Assembly: GCA_951406725.2 (NCBI GenBank)
Contig: OX597829.1
Location: 19,840,001 to 19,904,000, forward strand
DNA: 64,000 nt
Source of the DNA: Octopus vulgaris
Lineage: Eukaryota
Reading direction: 5' to 3'
This document shows positions 12,680-26,099 of this stretch, piece after piece. Both the position numbers and the translations under genes were made by a program. The notes beneath the pieces were generated by a model, which worked only from the letters and a program-made list of their open reading frames with translations, was not told where the DNA came from and searched no databases. Numbering within the stretch: the first letter of the stretch is position 1; each line of letters starts with the position of its first letter.

Positions 12680-13155
12680 ACATATGACAGCTACTTTTGA
12701 GAAATCTTGAGTTGTGCATGAGAAAGTAAGGAGGGATGTCAGGAAGGGCATTGATGTTGCACTTCCAGATGGGAAGGATCTTCTTATGATGCTAACATGC
12801 AGTGTCTGTGCAAGACCCTGCCTAAGTAAAGCTGGACTCAAGAGTCATCTTCGTAGTCATAAAGCGAGACAGATGAGTGACAACCTGGCCACTGGTAGTG
12901 GTGCTACACACCATACTAATCATATCTCTCAAGCATGAGTGTAATTCGGCAGGAGGACTTAAACGACATGCAAAGGTACATAAAGCCCAGTTACAACTAC
13001 AGCCGGCTATTACCGGTAAAGGTTTCAGCTGCCAATTCTGTACAAGACATTGTAGATCTTTAGCTGGGCTAAAAAGTCACATTCGATCACAGCACCAATA
13101 ACAGTTAAGCTTCATGTAATGGCCATACTCAATAATGAGGGGACAGCCATCATGT
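12680..13155 (+). mobile_element. 3' end of an RTE-like LINE encoding three C2H2 zinc fingers, embedded in (TATG)n
   Basis: CSVCARPCLSKAGLKSHLRSH, ECNSAGGLKRHAKVH and CQFCTRHCRSLAGLKSHIRSQH, then a short tail ...atggccatactcaataatgaggggacagcc and (TATG)n. Confidence 0.65.
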
Positions 13156-13963
13156 ATGTATATGTATGTATGTATGCACGTATGATGTTTCTCTATAATA
13201 TGCAGATTCTCAGGTTCCCAGTATGTGCAATTGTGGTGGTTAATTTAGCCATTTAATTTAAATGTATCCTCCTCATCACTCCAAACAATCTCAGCTTGAG
13301 AGTGTACATCTTTTACACATCATGTTAAATACTACTAGCAAAACTCCGCTCTCTTGTCTTGGTAGTCTTTAGCTGAGAGCATGGACTATTTCTGAAATGT
13401 TAACTTTTCCAATGACATTTCCAATGTGATGATCTCTTAATTTTGAAATTCCTGTCTCATGATTCATTTGCCACATAGACTTTCTTGAACTCTGGCAATA
13501 TTTCTAGAAACCTTTCTTGCTTTGTCAGGCTCATTGATGTCTGTGGTCTACCTGAGACATTTCTCATGAACAATCTAAACAGTTCTTGCTATGTCACATT
13601 TAATTCCAATTTGAGTGATAATAAGTCACATAGGCGATCTGTCTGAAACTCCCTTCCAAACTCTTTGCATTTTGATTGCATTAAATTTTTTTTTTTTTTG
13701 TTCGTAGTTTAACTTGGCTCTCTTCATTAGTTCTAATAGGTGAAGTTGAAAATAATATATATATATATATATTCAAAATGTAACCCAGTGTGTACTGTTG
13801 GCGATTTTTTTCCTCCGTCTTCCTTTCTTTGGATCTTTCCTTTTCCTATGTTTATGACAAAGAGCTCTGCTCGAAAAGGTTAAACCTTCCTTCTTTCTGA
13901 GTGTCCAATAATACTATACTTGTTCCACGTCCTCACATGGTTGTGTTTTCATGTTTGGATTAA

Positions 13964-14008
<45 letters not shown>

Positions 14009-15641
14009 TTAAAGAAGATAACAAGCGTTAAGGCAATACAAACATCTCAAGTCATATACGTTTTTATTATTGGAAAAATTCAAAGTCTCACAGCTGTTCC
14101 TGGGATACCTCAGAGTATGGAATACTCTGTCATTGGAGACAAATAGGGAAAATGAGAAGGGTATAGATTAATGAAATGGTGACATGGAGGACAGGCGAAA
14201 AGGAATAAGGAGATGAAGAAAAAAAGAAAGAGAAGAAAAAAGAAGTATAATTGTTCACAGTTCAACTTTCCAATCGTGTAGATGTTAGTCTATAAATCCT
14301 TAGGAGTAATCCTATGTAAATCCATATAGGTTAAAGTCTTAAATAAACGTGAGCATAAGGTGTAAAGAGAAAAAAAAATAAATAGAAAGAGAGGTAGAGA
14401 GAGTGAGGGAGGAAAGCAAGGATTGGTATTAAGGATAAAAATAAGGTATATAAGAATATAGCGTACAAAAATAACTTCTTGGTTATTTTTGTTAATGCTT
14501 GGTCATAGAGTGATCAATGGTTTTGCATCTATGAAGGCTGTAGCTTTGGGAACAGCTCATCAGGCTCTATTCAAAGGTAAATTTAACTTCATCTTTCAGA
14601 GGTGGAAAGTTGCTATGGTCAATTGGTCAAAACGTCATCAGAGAATAAACATTCTGGCATTGATGAGGATGGGTTATCTCCCCTAGACTAGACAATTTGG
14701 GGAATAGGGATCCATTTCCTGGCCTGCTAACAGATCGTAAGATCTCTTATGAGCTTAATCAGAAAACATGGAGTCCCAATTTTGCAGCAGGTAGCGCTTG
14801 AAATGGATACATTATGTGAATATTTTTTGGCTGGTATTCAGCAAGCCAGGTCTAATGGTGTCTTTAAGTATTCTGGGTGAACAAGCGTGTCGGACAGCAT
14901 AGATGCCATAACTGTAGCCCTAATTGTCATCTGATGTTGAAGTGTATTGCTCATGTTCGGAGTTTACTCAAAACTTCAACCTGATCACTAACATCATTAC
15001 ACTGCAAGTTTTGTTTGATTTATGCAGTGCAACAACATTGCAAGTGATCAGGTTACAGTTTTGAAGGAGGAAAATTTTGAAACATGGCCTAGTGGTTAGA
15101 GCAGCGGACTCGCAGTCGAGGGATCGCAGGTTCGAATCTCAGACCGGGTGATGTGTGTGTTTATGAGCGAAACACCTAAGCTGGAGCATCTCAAGATCAA
15201 GATACAGTGGACTATGGAGGGTTGGTAACAGAGAGAGCATCTAGCTGTAGAAAATTTTGTTTGGCTGACACAAGCAAGGAAAAGAAGATATGAAACAAAT
15301 GAGGATGGTGGAGGAGAATACACATGTGTATATGTATACATATATTTTATTCTTTTATTATTTTACTTGTTGCAGTTATTTGATTGCGGCCATGCTGGAG
15401 CACCGTCTTTAAGGATTTTTAATTGAAGAAATCGAACCCAAGATTTTGTCTTTGTAAGCCTGGTACTTATTGTATCAGTCTCCTTTGTCAAACTGCTAAG
15501 TTATGGAGATGTAAACGCACCAACATCAGTTGTCAAGAGATGGGGATAGGGAAGAAATAGAGATGGGGATAGGCACAAAAATATGCACACATAAATACAT
15601 ACATACATACATACATACATTCATACATCCATACATCCATA

Positions 15642-15682
<41 letters not shown>

Positions 15683-18304
15683 GGCTTCATTCAGTTTCCA
15701 TCTACCAAATCCACTCACAAGGCTTCGGTCAGCCTGAGGCAATAGTAGAAGACACTTGGTCAGGGTGCACACAGAGGAATTGAACCTAGGACCATGTGGT
15801 TGGGAAGCAAGCTTCTTACCACACAGCCATGCCTGGTGTACATAAATAGACACATGCATGTATGAATAATTTTGTATCTAACATTCTTTTTAATTCTCTT
15901 AACTCAATGCTTCTCTTTTCCCTCCCCACATTCAGTGATCTCCAAAACACTTCCCATTTCATTTCTGATGAAATTTTCTTTACTCAGAACATAAGGTTGC
16001 TGTATTTGTTGTAATACACGAATTTGTTAAATTTGTTCAAAATTTATTAACTTGGTTTTTTCTCATACAAACCTTCTTAGATTCTACATTTTGTTCTTTG
16101 TTTTTTTTTTTTTTTACTTTTTTCAACATATAATGGCTTTCATAATTTACTATGTCAGTACCATCTAAAATTACTTCATGAATAAAATAAAATAAAATAA
16201 AATAACAAAAATTATTTGCAAACAAGTATTCATGGAATAAGTGTTATCTGAATGTCAAAACGTTTTAAATACAAGTTTACATAAATCTATTTTACATAGG
16301 AAAGGCCTTCTTATTGGCAAAGACTCCATTACCAGTGAAATGGGAGAATAATTTTTAGACTAAAAGATCTGCATTCGTCCCACCTGTTGCCAAAGAGGCT
16401 TTTTACTTTCTTTAATATTCTCCTCTTGATTGCTAACATGCTTATCTGATTTCCAGTTTCTACTCTGTTAATGGTTTTAATTTTTGTTTTATTCCCTAGG
16501 AACAATAGTTACACCAAATAATCTTGTTTTATAGCTATTTTTAACTTCATTCCCTTAAAGTAGCAGAGCAGTTAAAATAAAGATCAATACTTTTTATAGT
16601 TTATGTATTCTGTTGTAACGATAGAGACATGACAATATTTTGGAAAATTTATGTTTCTCTGTTAAGTTTTTGAAAACTAAAACTAAAATACCCAGTATAT
16701 TTGTATGCACCCAAACAGTAAAGGTAAACTACATGTACACTGTTTGCCAAACAGTTTCAATTTCCACCTGTTGCATTGATTAACCTTATGTCAGAAAGTA
16801 TGTAATGAAACTTCCCACTTCATATTTATATAAGAAATTTATATATTTCCAAGTGCAAGAAAGTACAATAACCAGAATCAAATTATGGCGTTTTGATCAA
16901 TTTGAAGTTCAAACTTTAAAGTAGGTTGTTTTAGGGGGCAGGTTTAGCAGTAGATCCCTCCATATGGCTCACAGTTTTTGAGTTGTAAACTTGTATGAAA
17001 TGTAAGTGAAGGACTGGTACCTGTTGTTAGTAACCAGTGGGGACACAATGAGTGAAATATCAATTCTCATTTATTAAAGTAGATTAATTGAGAGTTTGTA
17101 TGATTATAGTCCTGGGTATGACTTTAAACTAGTAGTGGGAACCTTGGTTCAAGAGTTCCAGTGTTTTGAGGAGAGTGGAACCACCTCTCAGCCATTATTC
17201 TTTTCAGGTCTACTCTGCCCCAGGGTAGTAACACCTTTCAGAGTCCAAGTTATTGGTTAATTAGCATGGTGGAATCACATAACTCAGTGATTAGAGTGTT
17301 GGGCTCACAATTATGAGGTAGTGAGTTCGATTCCCAGACCGGGCTCTGTATTGTGTTCTTGAGCAAGACACTTTATTTCACATTGTTCCAGTTCACTGAG
17401 CTATAGAAATGAATTACAACATTATTGGCACCAAACTGTATTGACCTTTGCCCTTCCCTGGATAACATCCGTGGCTTGGAGAGGGCTTCCATAAACAACC
17501 TTGCCCAGACTTGTGCCTTGGAGGGGAACTTTCTAGGTGTAATTCCATGGTCGTTCGTGACTGAAGGGGGTCTTTACCTTTTACCCAGGGCAGAAATTCC
17601 AAGTACAAACCCTCATTGCTTTTTGAGTGTCTTAGGAAAGGATAAAGACCAGGGAAGTCAGCATCAACAGCAAATCAAAGAATGGAGCCCCTCAAGCAGT
17701 CTAGTCCCCATTTTGATATCTTTCTGGCAACTCCAAGGAAGGTGGAGCTCTCCATCCTCATAAGGCAATTGATCTAAGAGAGGCCACTCCAGTGTAAAAC
17801 CTACAGCTTTCTGGTCACCACAGCCATCTCATTGACCTCCAAGTCTAAAGAGTGGGGTTGGGTCGTGCTGACCGACTCTCACTTTAAAACTATTGAATGT
17901 AAGCAGGAAGAAAAGTCCTGCAGCAAGGATCGGTTTACATTGCTGCTTGAGAGCATGCCATTTTTTATTACCATCTTCAGACATGAACCTGCCATCAGTG
18001 TGATTATAGATCAATATTCATTGCCCAGAATGTGGCAAGCTGGCACAATTATTAACACACCAGGCAAAATGCTTCTAAATATCCATTGTGACAGGGGTTA
18101 TTCTTCATCTTGATTCTTCCCCTTCTTCCTTCCCTCTAGAAAGATGTTGTTATGGACAAACCGATGGAGATCCGCTTCTTTTTTTTATAATACAAGATTA
18201 TTGAATTGATTCCTAGTGATCTGTTGCTACTTATGTAATTTACAACAGATAGAGGTGAGCATTGGTGGGATTTGGACTGACAATATTAAGGAAAATAAAT
18301 ATAT

Positions 18305-20618
18305 GTATTGATCAGTGCCCGTTGGTTGGAGAAATTTTAATTAGTTTACATATATTGAGAAACTGTTATATCTATACACCTATCTATATAAATACACTTA
18401 CGCATATATAGATGTATACATAAATTACACAGATATGCAAATACATGTACATAAGGTATATAATCATACACACATACACATTATAACCTTCAATCCGATA
18501 GTCTTTGTTTATATTAAGTGTGATTTAATTAATGCTTCTATTAAATACATTTACATAAAATGATAATCATTGGTATTTATCTACCTTATAATTAGCACGA
18601 TGAATATATGATATTTGTTTACATTCAAGATACTTAGAGATCTTGTGCATTACATCATTGCAATTGTAGGTTTTAGAAAGAATTTTGGGATATTATCAAT
18701 ATATGTGAATATAGTTCATCTTTATAATTTAATTAATAAGTATTGCTAATTATAGTCTAAAATTAATATCAACATAAAATAATAGGCCAAAAATATTATG
18801 CATTGTAAGATAAAAGTTCGCGGTCTTAAAGCGACGAAAATATTTTGACAAATTAAACTTAAATGTTGAAGTGAATCTAACGGATTTTGTGTGTTTCTTA
18901 AATGGCTTACAAACACCTTCCACGCTGCAATTGTTTTCGTTCCAGCACACGATCTCAGATCAAATCACTTGCTATGCAAGTACATCTCTATAAATATTCA
19001 TTTAGGTATAAATATAGGAAGCCAGTTGTATTAGTTATAGATAGGAATTTGTTACGTTATGTCTTCTCAATTAATGTTAATAGTAATAGTTACAAAATCT
19101 ATTCAGTGATTAAGTTAATCTCAGTAAAATAGTTAATAATTATTATTAATTATTGTTGAGGATATTATTAAAATTATAGTTGTTTATTTAAGGTAATAAA
19201 GTTGAATATATTATATATCATAAGTGGTGTAATCAATAATAGTTATCTCAAGTAAGTTCATATGGAAATTAAAGGATAATATAATGAAATTATTGTATAC
19301 AGTGCTCAGGTGCACCACAACTTGTCAGAAAGTGCATATAAAGTACATGCAGTAATGTAGAAATGTCTGGAAAGCGAACAATGTATGAGTCATGCTTGTG
19401 TGTGTATGGAGGGGAGAAAATCAAGTGTAGTGTTGGCGAATCTCAGGAAGCATGGAAGTTTTGAAGGATGCAGTACTCCGACAACAAACAACTGATGCCG
19501 GCAGTTTGTTCCATGCTTCAGCAACTCTCAGCGTGAAAAAATGTTTCCTGAAGTCATGGGAGCTGTGCTGTTTTCTTACTTTGTAAATATGTCCACGGGT
19601 GTTAGATGGGTGGAGTTTGAAAAGGTGGTCAGAGTTATTGTTTGTACGATGGTTGATAATTTTATGGGTGCCTGCCAAGTCAGCTGCCAGACGTCGGAGT
19701 TTCAATGTGTCCATGCCCAGGGAAGTAAGGCGTTCAGGATATGGCAAATGCCTGATGGAGGGTATTCTTTTGGTTGCACGTTGCTGAACAGCTTCCAGAC
19801 GATTGATATCCTGGGCAAGATAGGGGTTCCAGACTGGTGATGCAAATTCCAGGTGAGGTCTTACCATAGCTATATAAAGCCGCAGATAGATAGCCAGAGA
19901 GTGGCTCACAAAGGATTTGGTGATATTGAAATTAATATTAAATGATATTGATATTGAAATTAATATTAAATGGGAGATTGCAAGTTTTGTGGAATCATAT
20001 AAAATCTCCAACATATACTTAGAGAAATTCTTTCAATAAACTACAATTGTGATGACATAATGCACAAGAGCACTATTTATCTTGAATGTAAACAAATAGC
20101 ATATGTTCATTATGCTGATTATATGGTAAATAAATACCTGTGATTATCATTTTGTGTAAATGTATTTAATAGAAGCATTAATTAAATCACACTTAATATA
20201 AACAAATATTATCAAATTGAAAGTTATAATACATATATATGTGTGTATGATTATATGTCTTTTGTACGTACATATGTATGTATGTTTGTGTATCTGTGCA
20301 TTTATGTATACATTTATATATGCACTTGTGTATGTATACATGCATATGTATATAAATATATGCGTAAAGATAATCCAAACATGAAAACACAAAGAGAAAA
20401 CACAACATGAGGACATGGAACAAGTATAGTGTTATTGGACGCTCAGGAAAGGAAAGAAAGAAGGAGGATTTAACGCTTCAAGCGGAGCTCTTCGTCAGAA
20501 ACAGGAAAAGGAAAGATCCAAGGAAGGGAAGACGGAGCAAAAAAATCGCCAATAATACACACGCGGTCATGTGTGTGTATATGAGTATGAGCGTGTATGT
20601 AAGTGTGTAATAAGTATG

Positions 20619-20650
<32 letters not shown>

Positions 20651-21380
20651 TATATATATATGCATATATATATATATATATATGTGTATGAGCATGTATG
20701 TAAGTGTGTAATATGTAATATGTATATATATATATACATACATACAAACATGCACACATATATCTATATCTATCTATCTATATATATACATATGTATATA
20801 TATGCATGCAATTATTACCATGAACTTTTTCATTACCATATAATTCCACACACTGACACATATATTGAGAAACTGTTATACTCTCTTTACTCTTTACTCT
20901 TTTACTTGTTTCAGTCATTTGACTGCGGCCATGCTGGAGCACTGCCTTTAGTCGAGCAAATCGACCATGGGACTTATTCTTTGTAAGCCCAGTACTTATT
21001 CTATCGGTCTCTTTTGCCGAACCGCTAAGTGACGGGGACATAAACACACCAGCATCGGTTGTCAAGCAATGCTAGAGGGACAAACACAGACACACAAACA
21101 TATACATACACATACATATATATATACATATATACGACAGGCTTCTTTCAGTTTCCGTCTACCAAATCCACTCACAAGGCTTTGGTCGGCCCGAGGCTAT
21201 AACAGAAGACATTTGCCCAAGATGCCATGCAGTGGGACTGAGCCCAGAACCATGTGGCTGGTTAGCAAGCTACTTACCACACAGCCACTCCTGCGCCTAT
21301 GATTACATATTTTCTGAAATGCTCAACTGCTTGTAAACTAATTAAAATTTCTCCAACCAACGGACACTGATCAATACACT
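18305..21380. repeat. Long interrupted inverted repeat (foldback)
   Basis: 18400-18700 is inverted at 20010-20360, and 18305-18348 is inverted at 21333-21378; CR1, SINE and hammerhead elements are nested inside. Confidence 0.75.
19280..19925 (-). mobile_element. CR1/L2-group LINE 3' fragment
   Basis: LYIAMVRPHLEFASPVWNP...LEAVQQRATK...YPERL...FFTLRVAEAWNKLP; its 3' tail also occurs as an insertion at ~6708-6775. Confidence 0.9.
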
Positions 21381-21978
21381 GAGTTTATACTATTCTATCT
21401 TATTTCATTTTTGTTCTACTTTTATTTATCTGGGTTTTTTTTTGTATTTTTATCTTATTTATTTTATATTTTGTACCTTTTTTTTATTTTCATTGTCTTT
21501 ACTTTTTATACTATTTTATTTTATTCTCTCTTATTATTCATTGTACTTTATTTCTTATATTCAAATTAATCCGTTAACCCTCACACACGTGCACACAAAA
21601 TAAACAAACTAACTCCAAATATTTAGTCTGCCAGTATGAACTAAGTGGTCAACATGTAATCTTTTATTGTATATCCTTTCCATTGATGATATTGCGTTCA
21701 TATCTTATAAATGAAAATTTAAAGCATAAATTTCTAATTTATTTAATGAGCACGATTGAAACAGCTGTAGGAAATATGAAGTATCACTTTATTAACAAAT
21801 AATTATTAACTTTCAACTGTCCATTTTCTTTTCTATTAATTGAATACTGATTATATGCATAATATATACCTATTGATTCATGGAAATTTTATTTCCCAAA
21901 AATATTAAGTATAGAACCAGTGTTGTTGTGGATGTAATCATCTCTTTATGAGGTTAATAATATATCCTCTAATTAACT

Positions 21979-22049
<71 letters not shown>

Positions 22050-22055
<6 letters not shown>

Positions 22056-22820
22056 AAAAATACAAAATGGGACAAAAAAACATCCAGATAGACAATACAA
22101 AGAAAACAATGATGGGTCATTCAGAGTTTTCTTTCCTCAGTTGAATTCCAGATTATCTCTGCAATTTCAGCTGGTTATACTCGAGATTGCTCTTATCTGG
22201 TCAGCCCCAAGGAAGAACTAAACTAAGAGCATTAGATTCCTTGGAAGAAAGCATTAAATTCAGCCAGTGTGTGTGGAAGTAAAGCCTTATAGCAGGGATA
22301 TAAGATTTCACAGGCACAGGGAGGAATACAGATGTTGCATGGACAGCGGTTGAACCAAGAAAGAAAGGTCAGACTTGGCCAAACACCGGTCACGTGGGAA
22401 GAGAAGAGAGTGAGGTAGAGGTAGAGGGACAGAAGAAATAAGGAGGGGCGAGAAAAATGACAGGGACACAGTGAAGTGAAAAGAGGAGGGAAAGTGAGTG
22501 TGAAGAGAAAGCAAGGAAATGTGAGAGAGGGGGAATGAAAGAACGAAGATTGGAATGAACAAAGTAAGCGTGGAAGGGCTGATAGAAAGAAGGAAAGAAT
22601 AATAGAAAGAATAGAGTCATACAAGATTTAGATAAATATATACTTACATATAAGAGACCAAAGTGTACTTACACCACTATATGTTTTATATATAAAAAAT
22701 ACAAAATAGGACAAGAACTCTTCATGCTCACTTTCCCTCCTCTTTTCACTTCACTGTGTCCCTGTCATTTTTTCTCACCCCTCCTTATTTCTTATGTCCC
22801 TCTGCCTCTACCTCTCTCTC
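22050..22820. mobile_element. TA-flanked element with a terminal direct repeat and an inverted segment; its left ~210 bp recurs at 10640-10885
   Basis: aaaaaatacaaaat.ggacaa occurs at 22055 and 22695; 22405-22508 is inverted at 22718-22820. Confidence 0.6.
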
Positions 22821-23151
22821 TTTATACAAAAATCAACTCAGAAACTTATTATTTCAAAAAAAAAATTTTTTTTAATCTTTTACCTATTATATTTTGTTTG
22901 TTCCATTCATTAAATCACAGCCTTGCTGGAACCCCACCTTTGAAAGATTTTTGTCAAACAGAATGACTATATTACTTATTCATTAAGTCGGGTAGTTATT
23001 TTATTGCTCTTTTTTTTTTTTTGTGGGACTGTTAAGTTACAGGAATATAAACAAACACTAACCATCAAGCAGTGGGTGCAGGACAACACAAAAACAAAGA
23101 CACACACATGATGTGTGTGTGTGTGTATTATATACATACATACATATATAC

Positions 23152-23205
<54 letters not shown>

Positions 23206-23341
23206 TTAGAGATAAAACCACTATTAGGCAAATCATACAATGAAAAACTTAAGCCAATACATAAGATTAATTAATTTATATTATTTTAAATATATATCAA
23301 AGTTATTAAAAAAAGATAATCGCTAAGTTAAATATTTCAAT

Positions 23342-23394
23342 CATCTGAAGAATGACTGTAACTCGAATTGGACAGCCATGAAACGATTGTAGTG
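23342..23394 (+). ncRNA. Type I hammerhead ribozyme inside a ~120-bp inverted repeat
   Basis: Stem I CAT/GTG; CTGAAGA at 23345-23351; stem II ATGACTGT/ACAGCCAT (7 of 8 paired); GAAA at 23380-23383; stem III A-CGATTG-T; GTA triplet at 23389-23391. Confidence 0.75.
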
Positions 23395-23644
23395 TTATAC
23401 TAATTATCTTTTTTTAATAAATTTGATATATATTTAAAATAATATAAATTAATTAATCTTATGTATTGGCTTAAGTTTTTCATTGTATGATTTGCCTAAT
23501 AGTGGTTTTATCTCTAATTTAATATAATATAATATTTTACTATAAAATTGGATTCAATCCTAAATCTGATTTTTCCCTGTAAGTTTGGATTTATTCCCTA
23601 ATATTTTATTATATATATATATATATATATATGTACATACATAC

Positions 23645-24045
23645 ATACTGGCTGCCCCTTCATTATCGAGTATGGCCATTGCACAAAGCTTAATCAATGT
23701 TGTTATCGTGCAATGCCTGTGCAAGAAGATTTTTTTTTAAAGTGAGGAAAGGCTGTGCACTGAGTTAATCCCACTCACTAAGCAACAGCAGCTATAATCC
23801 AAAAAGAAGAACAAGTCAACATCATCGGTAACCACTGAGCCGCAGGTTTTATGTCGAAGGCTTTCTCAGTTACCTGAGTTACCTTCTCCTAGAAGGATGC
23901 CCTAACAAAGGCTGGGAGTCCTTCACTCCCAATGGTTTAACCGCGCGATCGGGTATTCAGTTCGATTATTTCTATGTCCCCGCGCATGATATAGCCTTAA
24001 GACATTTATTGGATGGCCATTGACTCTCAAGAGTTCCTCCGCCCA
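23645..24045 (-). mobile_element. Non-autonomous element sharing its 3' tail with the zinc-finger LINE at 12680, flanked by (CATA)n
   Basis: ggctgccccttcattatcgagtatggccattgcacaaagcttaa is the reverse complement of the 13105-13150 tail; (CATA)n lies on both sides. Confidence 0.65.
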
Positions 24046-24429
24046 TACATACATACAAACATACATACATATATATATATAGCAATAAGAAAATGGAGGG
24101 CATCAAGAGGTGGTATTCATCAACTTTTAGATATTATATTATGTCTATTTATTTATTTAAAAAAACCCAATTAAAACGATATACATACATGTATAACATA
24201 TTATGCTTTACAAATATAAAAATACCAGTAATTATTAAAATATATAACGTAGAACATAGAAAGTAGAATAGTTTCTTACAGCATGTATATATATATATAT
24301 ATATAAATGTAAGATCAGGGATCAAGGTGCAGGAAGAGAGTTAGCTTCAAGCAATTTGTAGTGAATATAAAATGTATATATCTAGTTGATGAGAGAGACG
24401 GAAAACGGAAGATACGAGAATTTTTATTA

Positions 24430-24535
24430 ATCACTACAATTGTTTCAATCCATTCAGCATCGATCCCTTATGGGTAGAATACCCAACAATTGATTTAAGA
24501 GCATCCATCGGTGCAGATGTGTTTCTTCAGGTGAT
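24430..24535 (-). ncRNA. Type I hammerhead ribozyme with extended stem II
   Basis: Minus strand reads ATCAC-CTGAAGA-[~77-nt imperfect stem II]-GAAA-CAATTG-TA-GTGAT: 5-bp stem I, palindromic stem III, GTA triplet. Confidence 0.78.
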
Positions 24536-25199
24536 AATTAGACATAACTTATTAAGATAATGATAGTTCTGCTAGGTATTTTCTCAGTTCATGTAATGAA
24601 AAGCAGCAAATTAAAGGATATAGCTTCATTTATACGTAATGTACTGTTCTTTGATGACAAGATCAACAAAAAAAAGTACTCCACCTGATGACAGATAAAT
24701 ATTATTTAATAGTCACAATACATATTTTTATGTGCTACTACAAGATTCATGTGCTGAGAGCATGCTAAACAATATTCTATAACACATCTGACATCTCGGC
24801 ACAGTCATCAACACACCCCAAATGGCATAACGAATCAAAAATTGATTGAGAGAAGAAATGAGAAAAGGCGAGAAGGAAATATTTTTAAAAAAAGTGGAAG
24901 GTTAAAAAACTAGAAAATGAAAAAGTAATCAGAAAGCAGCAAGCAGCAAGAGGGGAAAAGAGTTACCTCCCTTAGACTGTAAGTTATAAGACTGAAAAAA
25001 TACTGAGTTTATGGTACAGTTAATCAGATAGAGGGGAAACTTCCCAATTCTTCAACAGAAACTTAAGCACATATATATATATATATATATTGAAAGTAGT
25101 CATTGGTTATGGCCTGTCAGAAAGTTACCATTGCTTTCTTCTGTTATTGCTCTTAGCAATATAGGTGACACATCAGACAATGGTCACATCAGACATTGA

Positions 25200-25990
25200 A
25201 TGAATATTGTGACACATCAGACGTTGGTCAGCAATGGTTGTGAAAAAAAATTATTGAATTCTCCTAAACCCTGTAGAAACACAGGATCTTCATGTGAGGT
25301 TAACGGTGAATGCTCAGTGGACAGTCGATGCAACTCTAAGGCCATGGGCTACATGGTAGAGGCAGTGTCTGCCAGTAATAGCAGCAGCAACAACAACAAC
25401 AACAACACTGGCAATGTAAGGACTCGTACACAAAAGTATATTGGAGCAATGGACGACCCCTTCAAGTTTTGACTAAATAACCACAGGTCATCTTTTTAGA
25501 TCCCAGAGAGGTGCAACTATACATCTTTGGTTAACTACACATGGCATTTTAAATAAGAGGTGACACTATACAGGATTAAATGGAGGGTCCCTGGAACAGC
25601 CTGGACCAACTTCAAGGGGAGTAGATGATGCAAACTTTGCTTGGCCAAGAGGACAAGGATCCTAAAAAGTTTGTTGGACCTAGGTGAGCTTCTTAAATTC
25701 CAAATATGAGATGTTTAGCCAGTACTCTCATGAGAGAAAATTCATATTGGAGATATGAAATCCCCCTTTTGTGATGAGTGTATCGATTTTGTACATAAAC
25801 TGACCCATTTTGTTAGACACAACTAAAACCAATCTAAGGGAGATAAGTCCATCTCACCTAGCAGGGATTTTCATGTTCAAGAATTTCATTTCAGGGTTTG
25901 TTTCACAACCATTACTGACCAAGACTGTATTCTTACTTCCAGTAGTAAAGATGTTACACGCATTTAGCCAGCAAGTCTGATGAGTTACCT
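25200..25990 (+). pseudogene. Penelope-like element, GIY-YIG endonuclease fragment
   Basis: KYIGAMDDPFKF*LNNHRSSF...TSLVNYTWHFK...IKWRV...CKLCLAK; a CTGATGAG hammerhead-core remnant follows at ~25977. Confidence 0.7.
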
Positions 25991-26099
25991 ATATTGCTAA
26001 CAACAATAATAAACACAAAACTAATGTTAACTTTCTGACTGGCCTTAACCAAAGACATTAATATCACTACTTTTTTTCAGACCTAGAAACAACTAACCA

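Noticed and set aside
12714-13101. Host C2H2 zinc-finger gene
   Set aside because: No TGEKP linkers, frameshifted, and followed by a retrotransposon tail shared with another repeat; better explained as a LINE C-terminus.
15085-15155. Functional tRNA gene
   Set aside because: A and B boxes are present, but the sequence continues into a SINE body and lacks a proper acceptor stem.
24682-24720. CTGATGA cores at ~24685, ~15965 and ~14555 (minus)
   Set aside because: No properly placed stem II plus GAAA follows them.
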